From NCBI GenBank assembly GCA_963848295.1, contig CAWKDB010000010.1:1728001-1792000 (forward strand): DNA of 64,000 nucleotides. Reading direction: 5' to 3'. The notes below the pieces were generated by a model. It had not been told where the DNA came from, ran no database searches, and worked only from the letters and a program-made list of their open reading frames with translations. Source of the stretch: an uncultured delta proteobacterium. GTDB taxonomy: Bacteria > Myxococcota_A > Polyangia > Haliangiales > Haliangiaceae. The position numbers and the translations under genes were made by a program. Of the stretch, positions 9,722 to 20,698 are shown piece by piece (the first letter of the stretch is position 1; each line of letters opens with the position of its first letter).

Positions 9722-12019
9722 ATGAGAGCTCTCGTCGTCGGCCTGCTCGCGCTCTCGACCGCCGTGTCCGCGGCGCCCGAGCCGAGCGGTGCCCATCCCC
9801 GGATGTTGCTCGACCCCGAGCTGCACGCCGCGTTGCGCGCACAGGCCCGCGAAGCGCACGGCCCGGTGCGAGGTGCGATCGCGATCTGCGACGAGGCGCG
9901 CACGACCGACAAGCACGACAAGGCGATCTATCAAGGCGGCGATTGGAGCGCGACGCTCGAAGCCTGCCTCGTCGCGTGGGCCGCGACCGACGACCCGCAG
10001 CATGCGAAGACCGCGCTCAAGTTCTTCTCCGCGCTGCTCGACGATCTCGATGCCGTGGGCGATCACAAAGGTGGCGACGCCGCGGTGCGCCGCGACTCCG
10101 GATATTCGATTCGCAACCTCGGGCTCGCGACCGCGATCGCGTACGACTGGCTGCACGACGCACCGGGCATGACCGAGGAGCTACGCGCCCACGCGCGCGC
10201 GCGCTGGAAGGCCTGGCTCGACTGGTTCGCGACGAGTGGCTATCGCGCGCACGATCCGGCGTCGAACTACTACGCCGGCTACATGATCGCCGCGACGACG
10301 ATGGCGATCGCGCAAGGCGGCGAAGCCGGCAGCGACGGCGCCGCGCTGTGGAAGCTCGTCACCGACACGATGTGGGGCAAAGAGATCGCGCCCGCGCTCG
10401 CCGACAACGGCGTGCTCGACGGTGGCGATTGGCCCGAAGGCTGGCAATACGGGCCGCTGTCGATCGCGGAGCTCTCGCTCGGTGCGCGGGTGATGCGGGT
10501 ACACGGTGTGGAGGTCGGCGGCGTCGCGCGCTGGCTCGACGCCGTGCTGCGCCGCCATGTCTACGGCCTGTCGCCCGGCGACGGCGTGTTCCCGGGCGGC
10601 GACACCGAAGCCGAGGTCCCGAACGTGCCGCCGAACGTGCTCACGCTCGATGCGGTCGCGCTCGGTGACGCTTCGCCCGACGACAAGCGGTGGGCGCGCG
10701 GCGAGCTGTCGCGGTTGCAGCTGGCCGACAAGTACTACTTGCTGTTCGATGCGCTCGCCGGCGTCGGTGACAGACCGGTGCTCCCTCCGCGCTCGCAATG
10801 GCCGACGTGGTACGTCGCGGCTGGGACCGGCACGCTGTTCGCGCGCACGCGGTGGGACGACGACGCGATGTGGTTCGTCGCGACCTGCCACGCCGCGATC
10901 GACACCGACCACCGCCATCCCGATGCCGGTAACTTCGTGTTGTCGCGCGGCCACGACGACGTGATCGCGGACTCGGCGCCGTACGGAACGCAATCGACGC
11001 TGACGACCAACGCGCCGACGATCGCCGCGGCCGGGATGGCGCGGACCGACTACACGCCGAGCCAGGGCTGGTGGAGCGAGAAGACCGCGTTCGACTGGAC
11101 GACGCAGCGCAAGACCGGGGTCGTCGCGGCGCGCTGCGACTATGCCGATCAGTTCAAGAACCACGAGCAAGCGAGCGACATCCCGTACGCGCTGCGCGAC
11201 TTCGTGCTCGTGCCGGCCAGCGATGGCAAGGCAGCCGCGCTCGTCGTGGTCGACCGCGCGACGACCGGCGGCGCGGATCGCCCGCTGATCTTGAACTTTC
11301 ACACGCCGGGCAAGCTCGCGCTCTCGAGCGAAGTCGCGACCGCGCAGGTCGGTAACAGCAAGCTCGAGATCACGACGATCGGCGGCAACGCGCCCTCGAT
11401 CGGCGTGCCGACCGCGAAGGACTGCGAGCACGCCGAAGCGCGGGGTACGTGCGACGCGGCGCGCTTTCCAGCGACCTACTATCGCCAGAACGTCCCCGGG
11501 CCGGACGCGCGGGTCGTTCATGTGATCTCCGCGATCGATCGAGCGGCGGCGCGGCCGACCGCGACGCCGCTGTCGGGGGATGGCTTCGCCGGCGTCGTGC
11601 TCGGCGGGTTGCGCGACGCGGTCGTCGTGTGGCGGACCTCGAACAGCGGAGCGCTGGCCTACGCGGCACCGCGCCGATCCGGCGTGATCCACGTCGTGCT
11701 CGACGCGGCCGGCCGCGACGGGTTCGCGACGATCACGGCGAAGCCGGACGGCAATCATTGCGCGGTTCAAGTCACCCCCGGCGGGACCACCGCGGCGAGC
11801 CCGCTCATCGCGGTGCTCGACGACAAGTGCGCGGTCACGATCGACCCCGAGCTCGCCGCAGCGTCGGCGGCCGGGACCCGCCCGAGTCGCGCGCAGCTCA
11901 CGACGTCGCCGCGCGCCGGCTGTTGCGAAGCGCAGAGTGCGCCGGGCTCGCCGCTCGCGATGGTCCTCGTCGTGTTGCTCGCGCTTCGTGGTCAGCGTCC
12001 GCGTTCGCGGCGCGCGTAG
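9722..12019 (+). CDS. secreted heparinase II/III-like polysaccharide lyase-fold protein with MYXO-CTERM-like tail
   Basis: Signal peptide; HPRMLL start, SNYY, GGDWPEGWQYG, HRHPDAGNFVL; C-terminal GCC...hydrophobic...RRA. Confidence 0.65.
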   Translation: MRALVVGLLALSTAVSAAPEPSGAHPRMLLDPELHAALRAQAREAHGPVRGAIAICDEARTTDKHDKAIYQGGDWSATLEACLVAWAATDDPQHAKTALKFFSALLDDLDAVGDHKGGDAAVRRDSGYSIRNLGLATAIAYDWLHDAPGMTEELRAHARARWKAWLDWFATSGYRAHDPASNYYAGYMIAATTMAIAQGGEAGSDGAALWKLVTDTMWGKEIAPALADNGVLDGGDWPEGWQYGPLSIAELSLGARVMRVHGVEVGGVARWLDAVLRRHVYGLSPGDGVFPGGDTEAEVPNVPPNVLTLDAVALGDASPDDKRWARGELSRLQLADKYYLLFDALAGVGDRPVLPPRSQWPTWYVAAGTGTLFARTRWDDDAMWFVATCHAAIDTDHRHPDAGNFVLSRGHDDVIADSAPYGTQSTLTTNAPTIAAAGMARTDYTPSQGWWSEKTAFDWTTQRKTGVVAARCDYADQFKNHEQASDIPYALRDFVLVPASDGKAAALVVVDRATTGGADRPLILNFHTPGKLALSSEVATAQVGNSKLEITTIGGNAPSIGVPTAKDCEHAEARGTCDAARFPATYYRQNVPGPDARVVHVISAIDRAAARPTATPLSGDGFAGVVLGGLRDAVVVWRTSNSGALAYAAPRRSGVIHVVLDAAGRDGFATITAKPDGNHCAVQVTPGGTTAASPLIAVLDDKCAVTIDPELAAASAAGTRPSRAQLTTSPRAGCCEAQSAPGSPLAMVLVVLLALRGQRPRSRRA

Positions 12020-13029
12020 GCCGCGCCGAGCGCATCGACGAGTCGCGCGAGCTCCTTGGCCGCGGCGCCGTCGTCGCCGAGGTGCGGATCGCCGACCGCG
12101 AGGATGGCCTCGACGCGATCCGCGATCGCGATCGGTGCTGCGATCGGCGCTCGGGCATCGCCGAGCAAGCGGGCGAGCTCGCCGGAGCCGCCGGCGGTCG
12201 CGAGGTCTCGGGTCGCGTACGCTCGTGCGACGAGCGAGCTCCCCGACAGCTCGAGCGACACGTCGTCGACCGCGACGAGCTGTGCGCCGTGGCCGCGGAA
12301 GCCGATCGCTTTGCTGTCGGTGATGCGCATGAGCAACGCCGCGCGCCATCGCCGCACCGCGTACGCCATCACGTAGAGCTCCGCCGCCGTACGCGTGATC
12401 GCGCGATCGATCTCGTCGAGGACCTCGTCGAATGTCTGGGCCGTGTGCAGACGCACCGGCACCCGCCCCGGGCCCGCGGCGACGAACAGATCCGACACGC
12501 TGCGCGCCCGGCGCAACGATGGTCGCTGCTCGCCGACGCGAATGTCGCCGATGTCCGCGATCGATGGCGGCGTCTCGAACTTCGCGTCCGGCGCCGGATC
12601 GCCGTAGACCGCGCGCACGAGGCGATCGAGCTGGATCGCCGGTGCCACGGACAACGCGACGGGCAGCTTGCACGCGTGTTCGAGCGCGGCCGCCAAGATC
12701 GGGGTCGGATTCTTCGCGCACGCGACGATGCCGCCATCGCGCGCCCGGCCGATCGCGACGACGCCCCAGCGCTGACCGAGCGCGGCTGGAATCGTCGACA
12801 GCACGTCGGGATCGCGGCGCTCGAAGTGGCGTTGCAACATCGCGGGATAGCCGAGCTGCTCGGACAGCGCGAGCGCGCCGTCGTCCGGTTCGAGGTGCGC
12901 GTGCGCGATCAACGTCGACACGAGCCGTTGGCCGCCGGCGGTCTGCTCGCGCAGCGTGCGCGACAGCAGCCACGGATCGATCACCTCGCGGAGCAAGAGC
13001 ACCTCGCCAATCCGCAGCCGCTCGCTCAC
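11992..13029 (-). CDS. MshEN/GspE-N domain protein with C-terminal GAF-like region, no ATPase
   Basis: RIGEVLL...LSRTLREQ...RLVSTLI...ALSEQLG; no Walker motifs. Confidence 0.7.
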   Translation of the reverse strand: MSERLRIGEVLLLREVIDPWLLSRTLREQTAGGQRLVSTLIAHAHLEPDDGALALSEQLGYPAMLQRHFERRDPDVLSTIPAALGQRWGVVAIGRARDGGIVACAKNPTPILAAALEHACKLPVALSVAPAIQLDRLVRAVYGDPAPDAKFETPPSIADIGDIRVGEQRPSLRRARSVSDLFVAAGPGRVPVRLHTAQTFDEVLDEIDRAITRTAAELYVMAYAVRRWRAALLMRITDSKAIGFRGHGAQLVAVDDVSLELSGSSLVARAYATRDLATAGGSGELARLLGDARAPIAAPIAIADRVEAILAVGDPHLGDDGAAAKELARLVDALGAAYARRERGR

Positions 13030-13042
13030 CGCCGGCGTTGTA

Positions 13043-13921
13043 CTACAAGATCCGCAGCGGTGCGGTGCGCGCGTTGATCGTCGCCGGTCGGTCCGGCTCA
13101 CCCGGCTTCGCGCCGTGCTTGTGAACATGTCCGATCCGGAGCGCGTAGGTCACGCCGCGCTTGAGCTGCCAACGTTCGTCGGGCGCGCGCATGTCTTGAC
13201 CGCCGAAGCTCGGCCGTTCGCCGGGCAGGTCGAGCAACGCGTAGACCGGATTCCCGGCCTGGTCCGCGACCGGCCAGCCATCGCCATCGACCGCCGGCGG
13301 AGACCCGACGACCTGGAAGTACGCCAGGTCACCGTCTTTCGCGAGGCTGATCGGCCGCGCGCCGGCCGGCATGGAGCTGGTCGCCACGGCGTGGCCGGGC
13401 ACGGACGGTGGATCCTTCGGAGTCGGAGCGGTCACCGGAGGGAGCGGGGTCACCGCGTCGACGTTCCAGATCCAGTGGCGATCGGCGTCCAGCGTCCACG
13501 CGCCGCCGAGCGCGACCCGGCCGGTTGCCGGTTTGCCTGCGAGCGCGAAGTGAATAGCGAGCGCACCGTTGCCGTCGGTCTCGTCGACCAACCACGGCAG
13601 CGGTTCGGCAGCGACGATCGTGCCGTAGACGACTCCGTGTTGACCGCGCCGCGCGAGATACCGCGCGCGATCGACGACCGCCTGCCACGCGGGAATCGCA
13701 CCGAGCTCGTCGAGCATCTTGCCAGGATCGGGTGAAGGCTCGGTCTCGTCCGGCTTCGCCGGTAAGTCGACCGCGGAGCCATCGCTCGCATCGAGCCGCC
13801 CCGGTTTCACCGCGACCGCGGCATCGCGCCCGGCTAGCTTGTCGACGCGCGGAGGCGGTTCCCCGCCGCTCTGACATGCCGCGAGCGACAGCAGCGCGAG
13901 CGCGAACGCGCGAGTCGTCAC
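13043..13921 (-). CDS. hypothetical lipoprotein
   Basis: LAAC lipobox; GTGA overlap with the upstream stop. Confidence 0.7.
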   Translation of the reverse strand: MTTRAFALALLSLAACQSGGEPPPRVDKLAGRDAAVAVKPGRLDASDGSAVDLPAKPDETEPSPDPGKMLDELGAIPAWQAVVDRARYLARRGQHGVVYGTIVAAEPLPWLVDETDGNGALAIHFALAGKPATGRVALGGAWTLDADRHWIWNVDAVTPLPPVTAPTPKDPPSVPGHAVATSSMPAGARPISLAKDGDLAYFQVVGSPPAVDGDGWPVADQAGNPVYALLDLPGERPSFGGQDMRAPDERWQLKRGVTYALRIGHVHKHGAKPGEPDRPATINARTAPLRIL

Positions 13922-14433
13922 CACGCGAGCTTGGCAACCAGCGCAGCGACCTGCGCGAGCCCATCGGCATCGACCGCATCGAACGCGGCTAGCTCGTAGC
14001 TGTCGAGATCGAGCACCGCGACGACCTCGCCGCTGCGCACGATCGGCACGACGATCTCGCTGCGCGAGCCGGCGTCGCACGCGATGTGGCCGGGGAACTT
14101 CTCGACATCGGGGACGACGATCGTGCGGCGCTCGGCCGCGGCGGTGCCGCACACGCCCTTGCCGAGCGCGATGCGGACGCATGCGACCTTGCCCTGAAAC
14201 GGGCCCAGCACGAGCTCGCCGCCGCGCATGACGTAGAAGCCGATCCAGCTCGCGGCCGGGGCGGCGTCGCGCAACGCCGCGGTGAGGTTCGCGAGGTTCG
14301 CGATCAGATCGGGCTCGCCGTCGACGAGCGACGCGAGCTGGGGCAAGAGCTCGCGGTAGCGCCCTGGCTTGTCGGCGTCGCTGCCCGTCGGGCGTTCGCC
14401 CGACTTGCCGCTTGGCGAAACCGCGTCGGCCAC
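13918..14433 (-). CDS. msrC: GAF-domain free methionine-R-sulfoxide reductase
   Basis: WIGFY, LVLGPFQGKVAC, GKGVCG, FPGHIACD, SEIVVP, LDLDS. Confidence 0.88.
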   Translation of the reverse strand: MADAVSPSGKSGERPTGSDADKPGRYRELLPQLASLVDGEPDLIANLANLTAALRDAAPAASWIGFYVMRGGELVLGPFQGKVACVRIALGKGVCGTAAAERRTIVVPDVEKFPGHIACDAGSRSEIVVPIVRSGEVVAVLDLDSYELAAFDAVDADGLAQVAALVAKLAW

Positions 14434-14438
14434 AGGCT

Positions 14439-15098
14439 CTAGCCCGCGGCGAGCTGGCGCGCCGCGCTGAGTGCGCGCGGGATGCCGAACGGGCTCGCGC
14501 GCAGCTGGAGGATCAAGAAGTCGCCCTCGGTCGAGAGACCGGAGACCTGGACGACCGGCGTCAACGTGCCGAGCACGCCGCGCACGCGATCGTTCGTTGC
14601 GAACTTCGGGTTCTGCATCAGGTCGAGCACGATGACATCATCGTGCGCTTCGACGAGCACCGCCGGCCGCTTCGGCATGAACTTGGCGAGGTTGCCGGGC
14701 TTGCTCAGATCGAGGGCGCCCGACTTGATTAGCCCGGCGACCGGCGTGAACGATTCGCCGAGCACCTTCATCGTGACGTCGGAGATCCGCAGCGAGACCT
14801 TGAACTTGTCGTCGGAGACCTCGATCTGGTCGATCCGGATCGATGCGCCGGCGCGCACCGTCGTGCCCATCAGATCGATCGTCGCGCCGAGTCCGATCGC
14901 GGGCGGACGCGGCGTGATCGTGACGTCTTGCGGCGCCTTCTTCGACGGCGGCGTGTTCGAGATGAACCAGCGGACGGCATCGAGCGGCACCGCGATCCGC
15001 ATCCCGAGCGCGTGACGCGCCATGCTCAGCATGGTGGTCGGATTCTTGAGCATGAAGCGACCGGCAGAACGCAGCGCAGCTCGGAGCGGGAGTGCCAT
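14439..15098 (-). CDS. hypothetical protein
   Basis: Natural-looking frame from ATG 15098 in a minus-strand gene run. Confidence 0.65.
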   Translation of the reverse strand: MALPLRAALRSAGRFMLKNPTTMLSMARHALGMRIAVPLDAVRWFISNTPPSKKAPQDVTITPRPPAIGLGATIDLMGTTVRAGASIRIDQIEVSDDKFKVSLRISDVTMKVLGESFTPVAGLIKSGALDLSKPGNLAKFMPKRPAVLVEAHDDVIVLDLMQNPKFATNDRVRGVLGTLTPVVQVSGLSTEGDFLILQLRASPFGIPRALSAARQLAAG

Positions 15099-15144
15099 CC
15101 TCGATCCATAGCAGAGCGCGCCTAGCGGCGTCGCGCGCCCACGG

Positions 15145-17544
15145 TCAAAACAGCACGACGCGGAGCGGCGCCGCGAGCACGGCTCCCGCCACCGGCTTGC
15201 CGGCGACGACGGCGCCAAAGACCAGCGCTCCCGTGACGTCGTCCGGCATCCGGACGCGGCGCAGCGGGTCGCCGGTGCGCGGATCGATGACCAGCGCCTC
15301 GTTCTGGTCGCTGCCATAGCTGACGACGACAGGGCTAGCTGCCCCGCCGCGCGGTCCGGCGACGATCGGCTCGGCCAGGGCGTAGTCGTTGCGGGCGCGG
15401 ACGCCTCCGTCGAGGTCGAACAGCGTCGCTTGCCAACTCGCGCTCATCGGCGGCGGCGGTGGCCACGGCGTCGCGATCGGCGGTGGCTCGAAGTTCGTCG
15501 GCGGTCGCGCTGGCGGTGGCGGTCCGATCGGCGGCGGCGGCAACTTCGGGATCGGGAGCGGGTTCGGCGGCACCGGCCCGCCGGGAGCCATGCCGGTGAT
15601 GATGTCGCCCGCCGCACCCCACGCGAGCCCGATCGCGGGCAGCGCCGAGACCGTCCCGCGCAGATCGACGCGGTAGGCATCGCCATCTTCGAGCTCGACG
15701 AGCACGCCGTCGCCCGCCGCGGTCAATGCGCGCACCGCTCCCGCGACCTCGATCGACCATACGGGGAGCATCCGGACGTGCGGCAGGCGAGCGACCAACC
15801 GACCGCGCTCGGCAGTGATCAACAGCGCGCCGCCGCCGACCGCGAGCGGCACCGCACGCATCGCCGCGCCATCGTCGCTCGCGACCGAACCGAGCATGCG
15901 GCCGGTGTCCGCATCGCGAACGGTTGCGCGGTCGCCATCGAACACGACGACGATATCGCCCGCGGCGGCAAGCGCGTCGACGTTCTCGTGCCGCCGCAAC
16001 CACAACGGCGTACCATCGCGCGTGATCGCGCGAACCATCGAGTCGAGCTGGTTTGCGCGCGCGCCGCAGATCACCGCGCGGCTGCTGAACGCGATGCCGA
16101 CCGGCGTGCCGAACCCGCACGGCTCGTCGCGGCGACGCCAGGTCGAGCTCGAGAGATCGAATCGCGACAGGTCGACGCGCGGCTCTGTCACGCTACCGCG
16201 AGCCACCGCTTGGATGTAGAGCGCCTGTGGATCGGCGGGATCGATCGCGATCGCGGCGAGGTTTCCCGGGTCGGCGTTGTCGTTCGCGTACGTCGCAGCC
16301 GCCGCGACGTCGCTCACCGGTGGCAGGTCGCGCAACTCGGCCGGCACCGCGAGCGGCCCCGAGACGAGCGAGCGCAACGTGTGACGCCACGGCGCGGGCA
16401 GCGCGACGCGATGCACCGTCGAGCTCGGCGAGCCAGTCCACGACGCGTACACGATCGCCTTGTCGCCGAGCACGCCGCCGGGCGCGGCGAGCGGAACGTA
16501 GGCGCGAACGCCGTCGCGATCGAGCACCGCCGCGGTCGTCGAAGTCACGCGCACGAGCCTCCGGTCGCCGCGCTTGTCGAGGAGCTCACCGAGCGGCGGA
16601 AGATCGAGCACCCGGACCTCGCCGCGCAGATCGCGCGATCGGCTCGACACGCCGCTCGCGGTCGATACCTCGACGCGATCGTCGCCGTCGCGCGCCGGCC
16701 ACATCCCGCGCACGCCATCGATCCGGCCGGTGATCGCCCCGGTCGCTCGGTCCAGCGCGATCACCGCCCGGCCGGTCGCTGGACCCGCGGTCACGAGGAT
16801 CGAGTCGCCGGCGCACGCGTCGATCTGGATGACGCCACCGACGGGGGTGTGCCACATCAGCTTCGGTCCGCCCTTGGCTTCGGCGATCCGACCGATCGCG
16901 CCCGACGAATCCACCGCGAACAGCTCACGACCGGCGTCGCCGCAGCTCGCGACGACCGCAGCCGCGCTGATCCCGGCCGGCAGCTTCACGCGGGTGAGCT
17001 CGTCGCCGGTGTCGGCATCGAGCACGATCGCCTCGCCCGCGCCGGCGGTCACGACGCGATCGTCGGTGAACGCGGCAAACGGTGACTCGCGCTTCCACCG
17101 CACCTTGCCATCCAGGCCGATCGCACGGATGCCCGCCGCATCGGCGCACACGATCGCCTCCTCGGTCACGCCGACGATCGGCGCGGCGCAGCCGTCGTGA
17201 TCGCGCCAAGCGACGCGCCCGCTGTCGACATCGATGAGCTCGACCGCGGTGTGATCGCCTTCACTGCCGTAGACGACCGCGCGCGCCGGACCGTCACCGG
17301 GCACCGCCCACGGCGTCGGCAACCGCAACGGTGCGAGCGGCTCGCCGCCGGCCGCCTGATCGATGCCGAGCCGCTCGACCGGTTGCGGTGTCTGGCCACG
17401 ACCGAATCGCCGGATCACCGGGCCGAGCGGCCACACCGTCGGTGGCGGCGGATATACCCAGCGCACCGGCGATGCCGGCGGTGCCGCGGGCGCATCGCAG
17501 GCAGTTGGCGCGATGAGCGTCAACAGCACGGCAGCGCGATTCAC
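15145..17544 (-). CDS. PQQ/BamB-like beta-propeller repeat lipoprotein with Pro-rich insert
   Basis: Repeated D-x-x-T/S-G-x-x-x-W blades (DVDSGRVAW, DGKVRW, DADTG, DRATG). Confidence 0.75.
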   Translation of the reverse strand: MNRAAVLLTLIAPTACDAPAAPPASPVRWVYPPPPTVWPLGPVIRRFGRGQTPQPVERLGIDQAAGGEPLAPLRLPTPWAVPGDGPARAVVYGSEGDHTAVELIDVDSGRVAWRDHDGCAAPIVGVTEEAIVCADAAGIRAIGLDGKVRWKRESPFAAFTDDRVVTAGAGEAIVLDADTGDELTRVKLPAGISAAAVVASCGDAGRELFAVDSSGAIGRIAEAKGGPKLMWHTPVGGVIQIDACAGDSILVTAGPATGRAVIALDRATGAITGRIDGVRGMWPARDGDDRVEVSTASGVSSRSRDLRGEVRVLDLPPLGELLDKRGDRRLVRVTSTTAAVLDRDGVRAYVPLAAPGGVLGDKAIVYASWTGSPSSTVHRVALPAPWRHTLRSLVSGPLAVPAELRDLPPVSDVAAAATYANDNADPGNLAAIAIDPADPQALYIQAVARGSVTEPRVDLSRFDLSSSTWRRRDEPCGFGTPVGIAFSSRAVICGARANQLDSMVRAITRDGTPLWLRRHENVDALAAAGDIVVVFDGDRATVRDADTGRMLGSVASDDGAAMRAVPLAVGGGALLITAERGRLVARLPHVRMLPVWSIEVAGAVRALTAAGDGVLVELEDGDAYRVDLRGTVSALPAIGLAWGAAGDIITGMAPGGPVPPNPLPIPKLPPPPIGPPPPARPPTNFEPPPIATPWPPPPPMSASWQATLFDLDGGVRARNDYALAEPIVAGPRGGAASPVVVSYGSDQNEALVIDPRTGDPLRRVRMPDDVTGALVFGAVVAGKPVAGAVLAAPLRVVLF

Positions 17545-17577
17545 CGCCGGAACGTATCAGGTCTCGCTGTCGGCGAG

Positions 17578-18811
<1,234 letters not shown>

Positions 18812-18853
18812 GGAACTGCCTCCAGGTTGATGGCGGCAGGATGGTCCAAACCG

Positions 18854-19465
18854 TCAGGGCATGCAACCGGCCGTTGTGGCGGCTTGCTTCAACCCTGCGA
18901 GCGAATCACCGCACGCGCGCGCCATCCGCGAATAGACATCGCCGGTTAGCCGCTTCCTCGGTAGGTCCCACAGCTCGACGGTCTGGTTACCGAGCGAGAC
19001 GCGCTGATCGATCGGCAGGAGATCGCACGTCAACACGACGCTCACTTCGGCGACGAACTGGTCGCACTCGACGACGCCGACCTCGACCTTCGCGAGTCGA
19101 GCGCGCGTCACCTCGACCGTCGCTTCGTCGCCGGTGCCGGAGAGCTCGCGATACAGGGTGTCACGGCCGCGATCGCCGAGTTGCTTCGCGCACCTCACGA
19201 GGTCGTCCGCGCCCATCTCCGAGAAGCAAGCGATCGCTGCGGCTGGCCAGTTATCGCTCGTGCACAACGTGCGGACCGGCTCGATCAGTGACACGTCGGG
19301 CGAGTGCATCGCGATCGTCGCCGCGGCAAAGCCGATCGCTGCGTCATCACACGTCTTCGTAGCGATCGGCGTAGCTGGACCGACAACCGGCGGTGCTGGA
19401 CCGACAACCGGCGGCGTCGTGGTCGCGGCGCATCCGGCGACGACAAGCTGCAGCAGCGGTCTCAT
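18854..19465 (-). CDS. Cys-rich lipoprotein (module A + module B)
   Basis: VAGC lipobox; CTSDNW...IAC...C and ECDQF...TCD.LP...AC...C patterns shared with 23061-25059. Confidence 0.7.
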   Translation of the reverse strand: MRPLLQLVVAGCAATTTPPVVGPAPPVVGPATPIATKTCDDAAIGFAAATIAMHSPDVSLIEPVRTLCTSDNWPAAAIACFSEMGADDLVRCAKQLGDRGRDTLYRELSGTGDEATVEVTRARLAKVEVGVVECDQFVAEVSVVLTCDLLPIDQRVSLGNQTVELWDLPRKRLTGDVYSRMARACGDSLAGLKQAATTAGCMP

Positions 19466-19490
19466 CCCTCCAAGGTAACCCCGGGTCGGC

Positions 19491-20594
19491 TCATTGACAC
19501 GTGCAGTTCGCATCCGTTCCAGCGACACACGCCGTCTCGCTCGGTTGCGTCGTCGCGTTAGCGTAGTGCCACTTGAACAGCTCGACGATGCGCGGCATCA
19601 CACCCATCGCGGTCAGATCCGTGGTCACCGGTCCGAACGCGATCCGGTTGTAGCCGCCGGCCGTGTCGCGCGTGACCTTGGCCGCGCGCGACAACGTGCG
19701 CTGATAATCGGCGAGCGAGATCGCATCGGCGTCACCGCCCGACCAGCCGCTGTCGCCGGCGCTGTAGCGCGCCGAGTGCAACACCGCGTACTTCGTGTTC
19801 GCGATGGAGAGCTTTGCAGGCTCGCCACTCGCAACGAGCCAATCGCGCATGCCGAAGTAGTGAGCCGCGAGCGCCGTTTCGGACATGCCGCACACGAAGC
19901 CGTTCGAGTGATAGTGCTCGACCACCATCGCGACCGCGGTCTCGTCGATCGCCGCGAAGAAGTCGGATGCGGGCACGCTCCAGCTCGCCGCCAAGCCCGG
20001 GCGCTCCGTGAAGTACACGACGCCGAACAGCCGGCGACCGCGCGCATCGGGCTCGTGCAGATGGCGCAGGATCGCCGAGATCTGCGATCGCACGTGCGCA
20101 TCCGACGCGGTGGTGCTCGGCACCTCGTTGAACGTGAACAGGTCGGCGTGCGCCGCGATCGCGGCGTCGCGGAACGTGTGCGCCCACGTCGCGAGCGTCG
20201 CATCCGACGCGGTCTCCCAGCCGGCGTGACTGGCGTCCCACACGTCGAACGCCGGCGCGTAATAGAAGTCGCCGCGCGCGTGGACGCGATCGGCGAGCGC
20301 GCGCGTCGCGAACGCGGTGCCGTGGCTCTGCGTGATCAGCCAAGCGTGGGTGCCGTCTTGCGGGAGCCCGGCTTGATACGCGGTCAGCACGTCGGCGGAG
20401 ACTTGATAGAAGATGCCGAACCGCGTCGCGGTCAGCGGCTTGGGCACGTAGCCGTCGTCGACCGCGGGCGTGACGCCGCCGCCGAAGTCGTCGGGCGGCA
20501 ACGTCTGGCCCGGATCGCTCGCACCGGTGTCTAGATCGCCGGCGCACGCAGCCAACACGAGCCCGAGCCCGAGCCCGAAATTCTTCAAGCGCAT
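19491..20594 (-). CDS. hypothetical lipoprotein (possible TIM-barrel glycosidase-like fold)
   Basis: LAAC lipobox; alternating beta/alpha pattern with FNE and VEHY; fold is a guess. Confidence 0.6.
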   Translation of the reverse strand: MRLKNFGLGLGLVLAACAGDLDTGASDPGQTLPPDDFGGGVTPAVDDGYVPKPLTATRFGIFYQVSADVLTAYQAGLPQDGTHAWLITQSHGTAFATRALADRVHARGDFYYAPAFDVWDASHAGWETASDATLATWAHTFRDAAIAAHADLFTFNEVPSTTASDAHVRSQISAILRHLHEPDARGRRLFGVVYFTERPGLAASWSVPASDFFAAIDETAVAMVVEHYHSNGFVCGMSETALAAHYFGMRDWLVASGEPAKLSIANTKYAVLHSARYSAGDSGWSGGDADAISLADYQRTLSRAAKVTRDTAGGYNRIAFGPVTTDLTAMGVMPRIVELFKWHYANATTQPSETACVAGTDANCTCQ

Positions 20595-20698
20595 GCTCGG
20601 CCCTACAGCAAGCGCTGGACCAAGCGCCAAGCTCGCGTCTCTGCATCGCCAGAACGTCGTGGCCGGGGGCCTCGGCCCTCCACTGCAACCTCGCGTGG

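Noticed and set aside
10181..12973. Very long antisense or alternate-frame ORFs (also 42931-45501, 53488-55884, 804-2828 and others)
   Set aside because: Arg/Ala-rich shadow frames expected in high-GC DNA; they overlap well-supported genes
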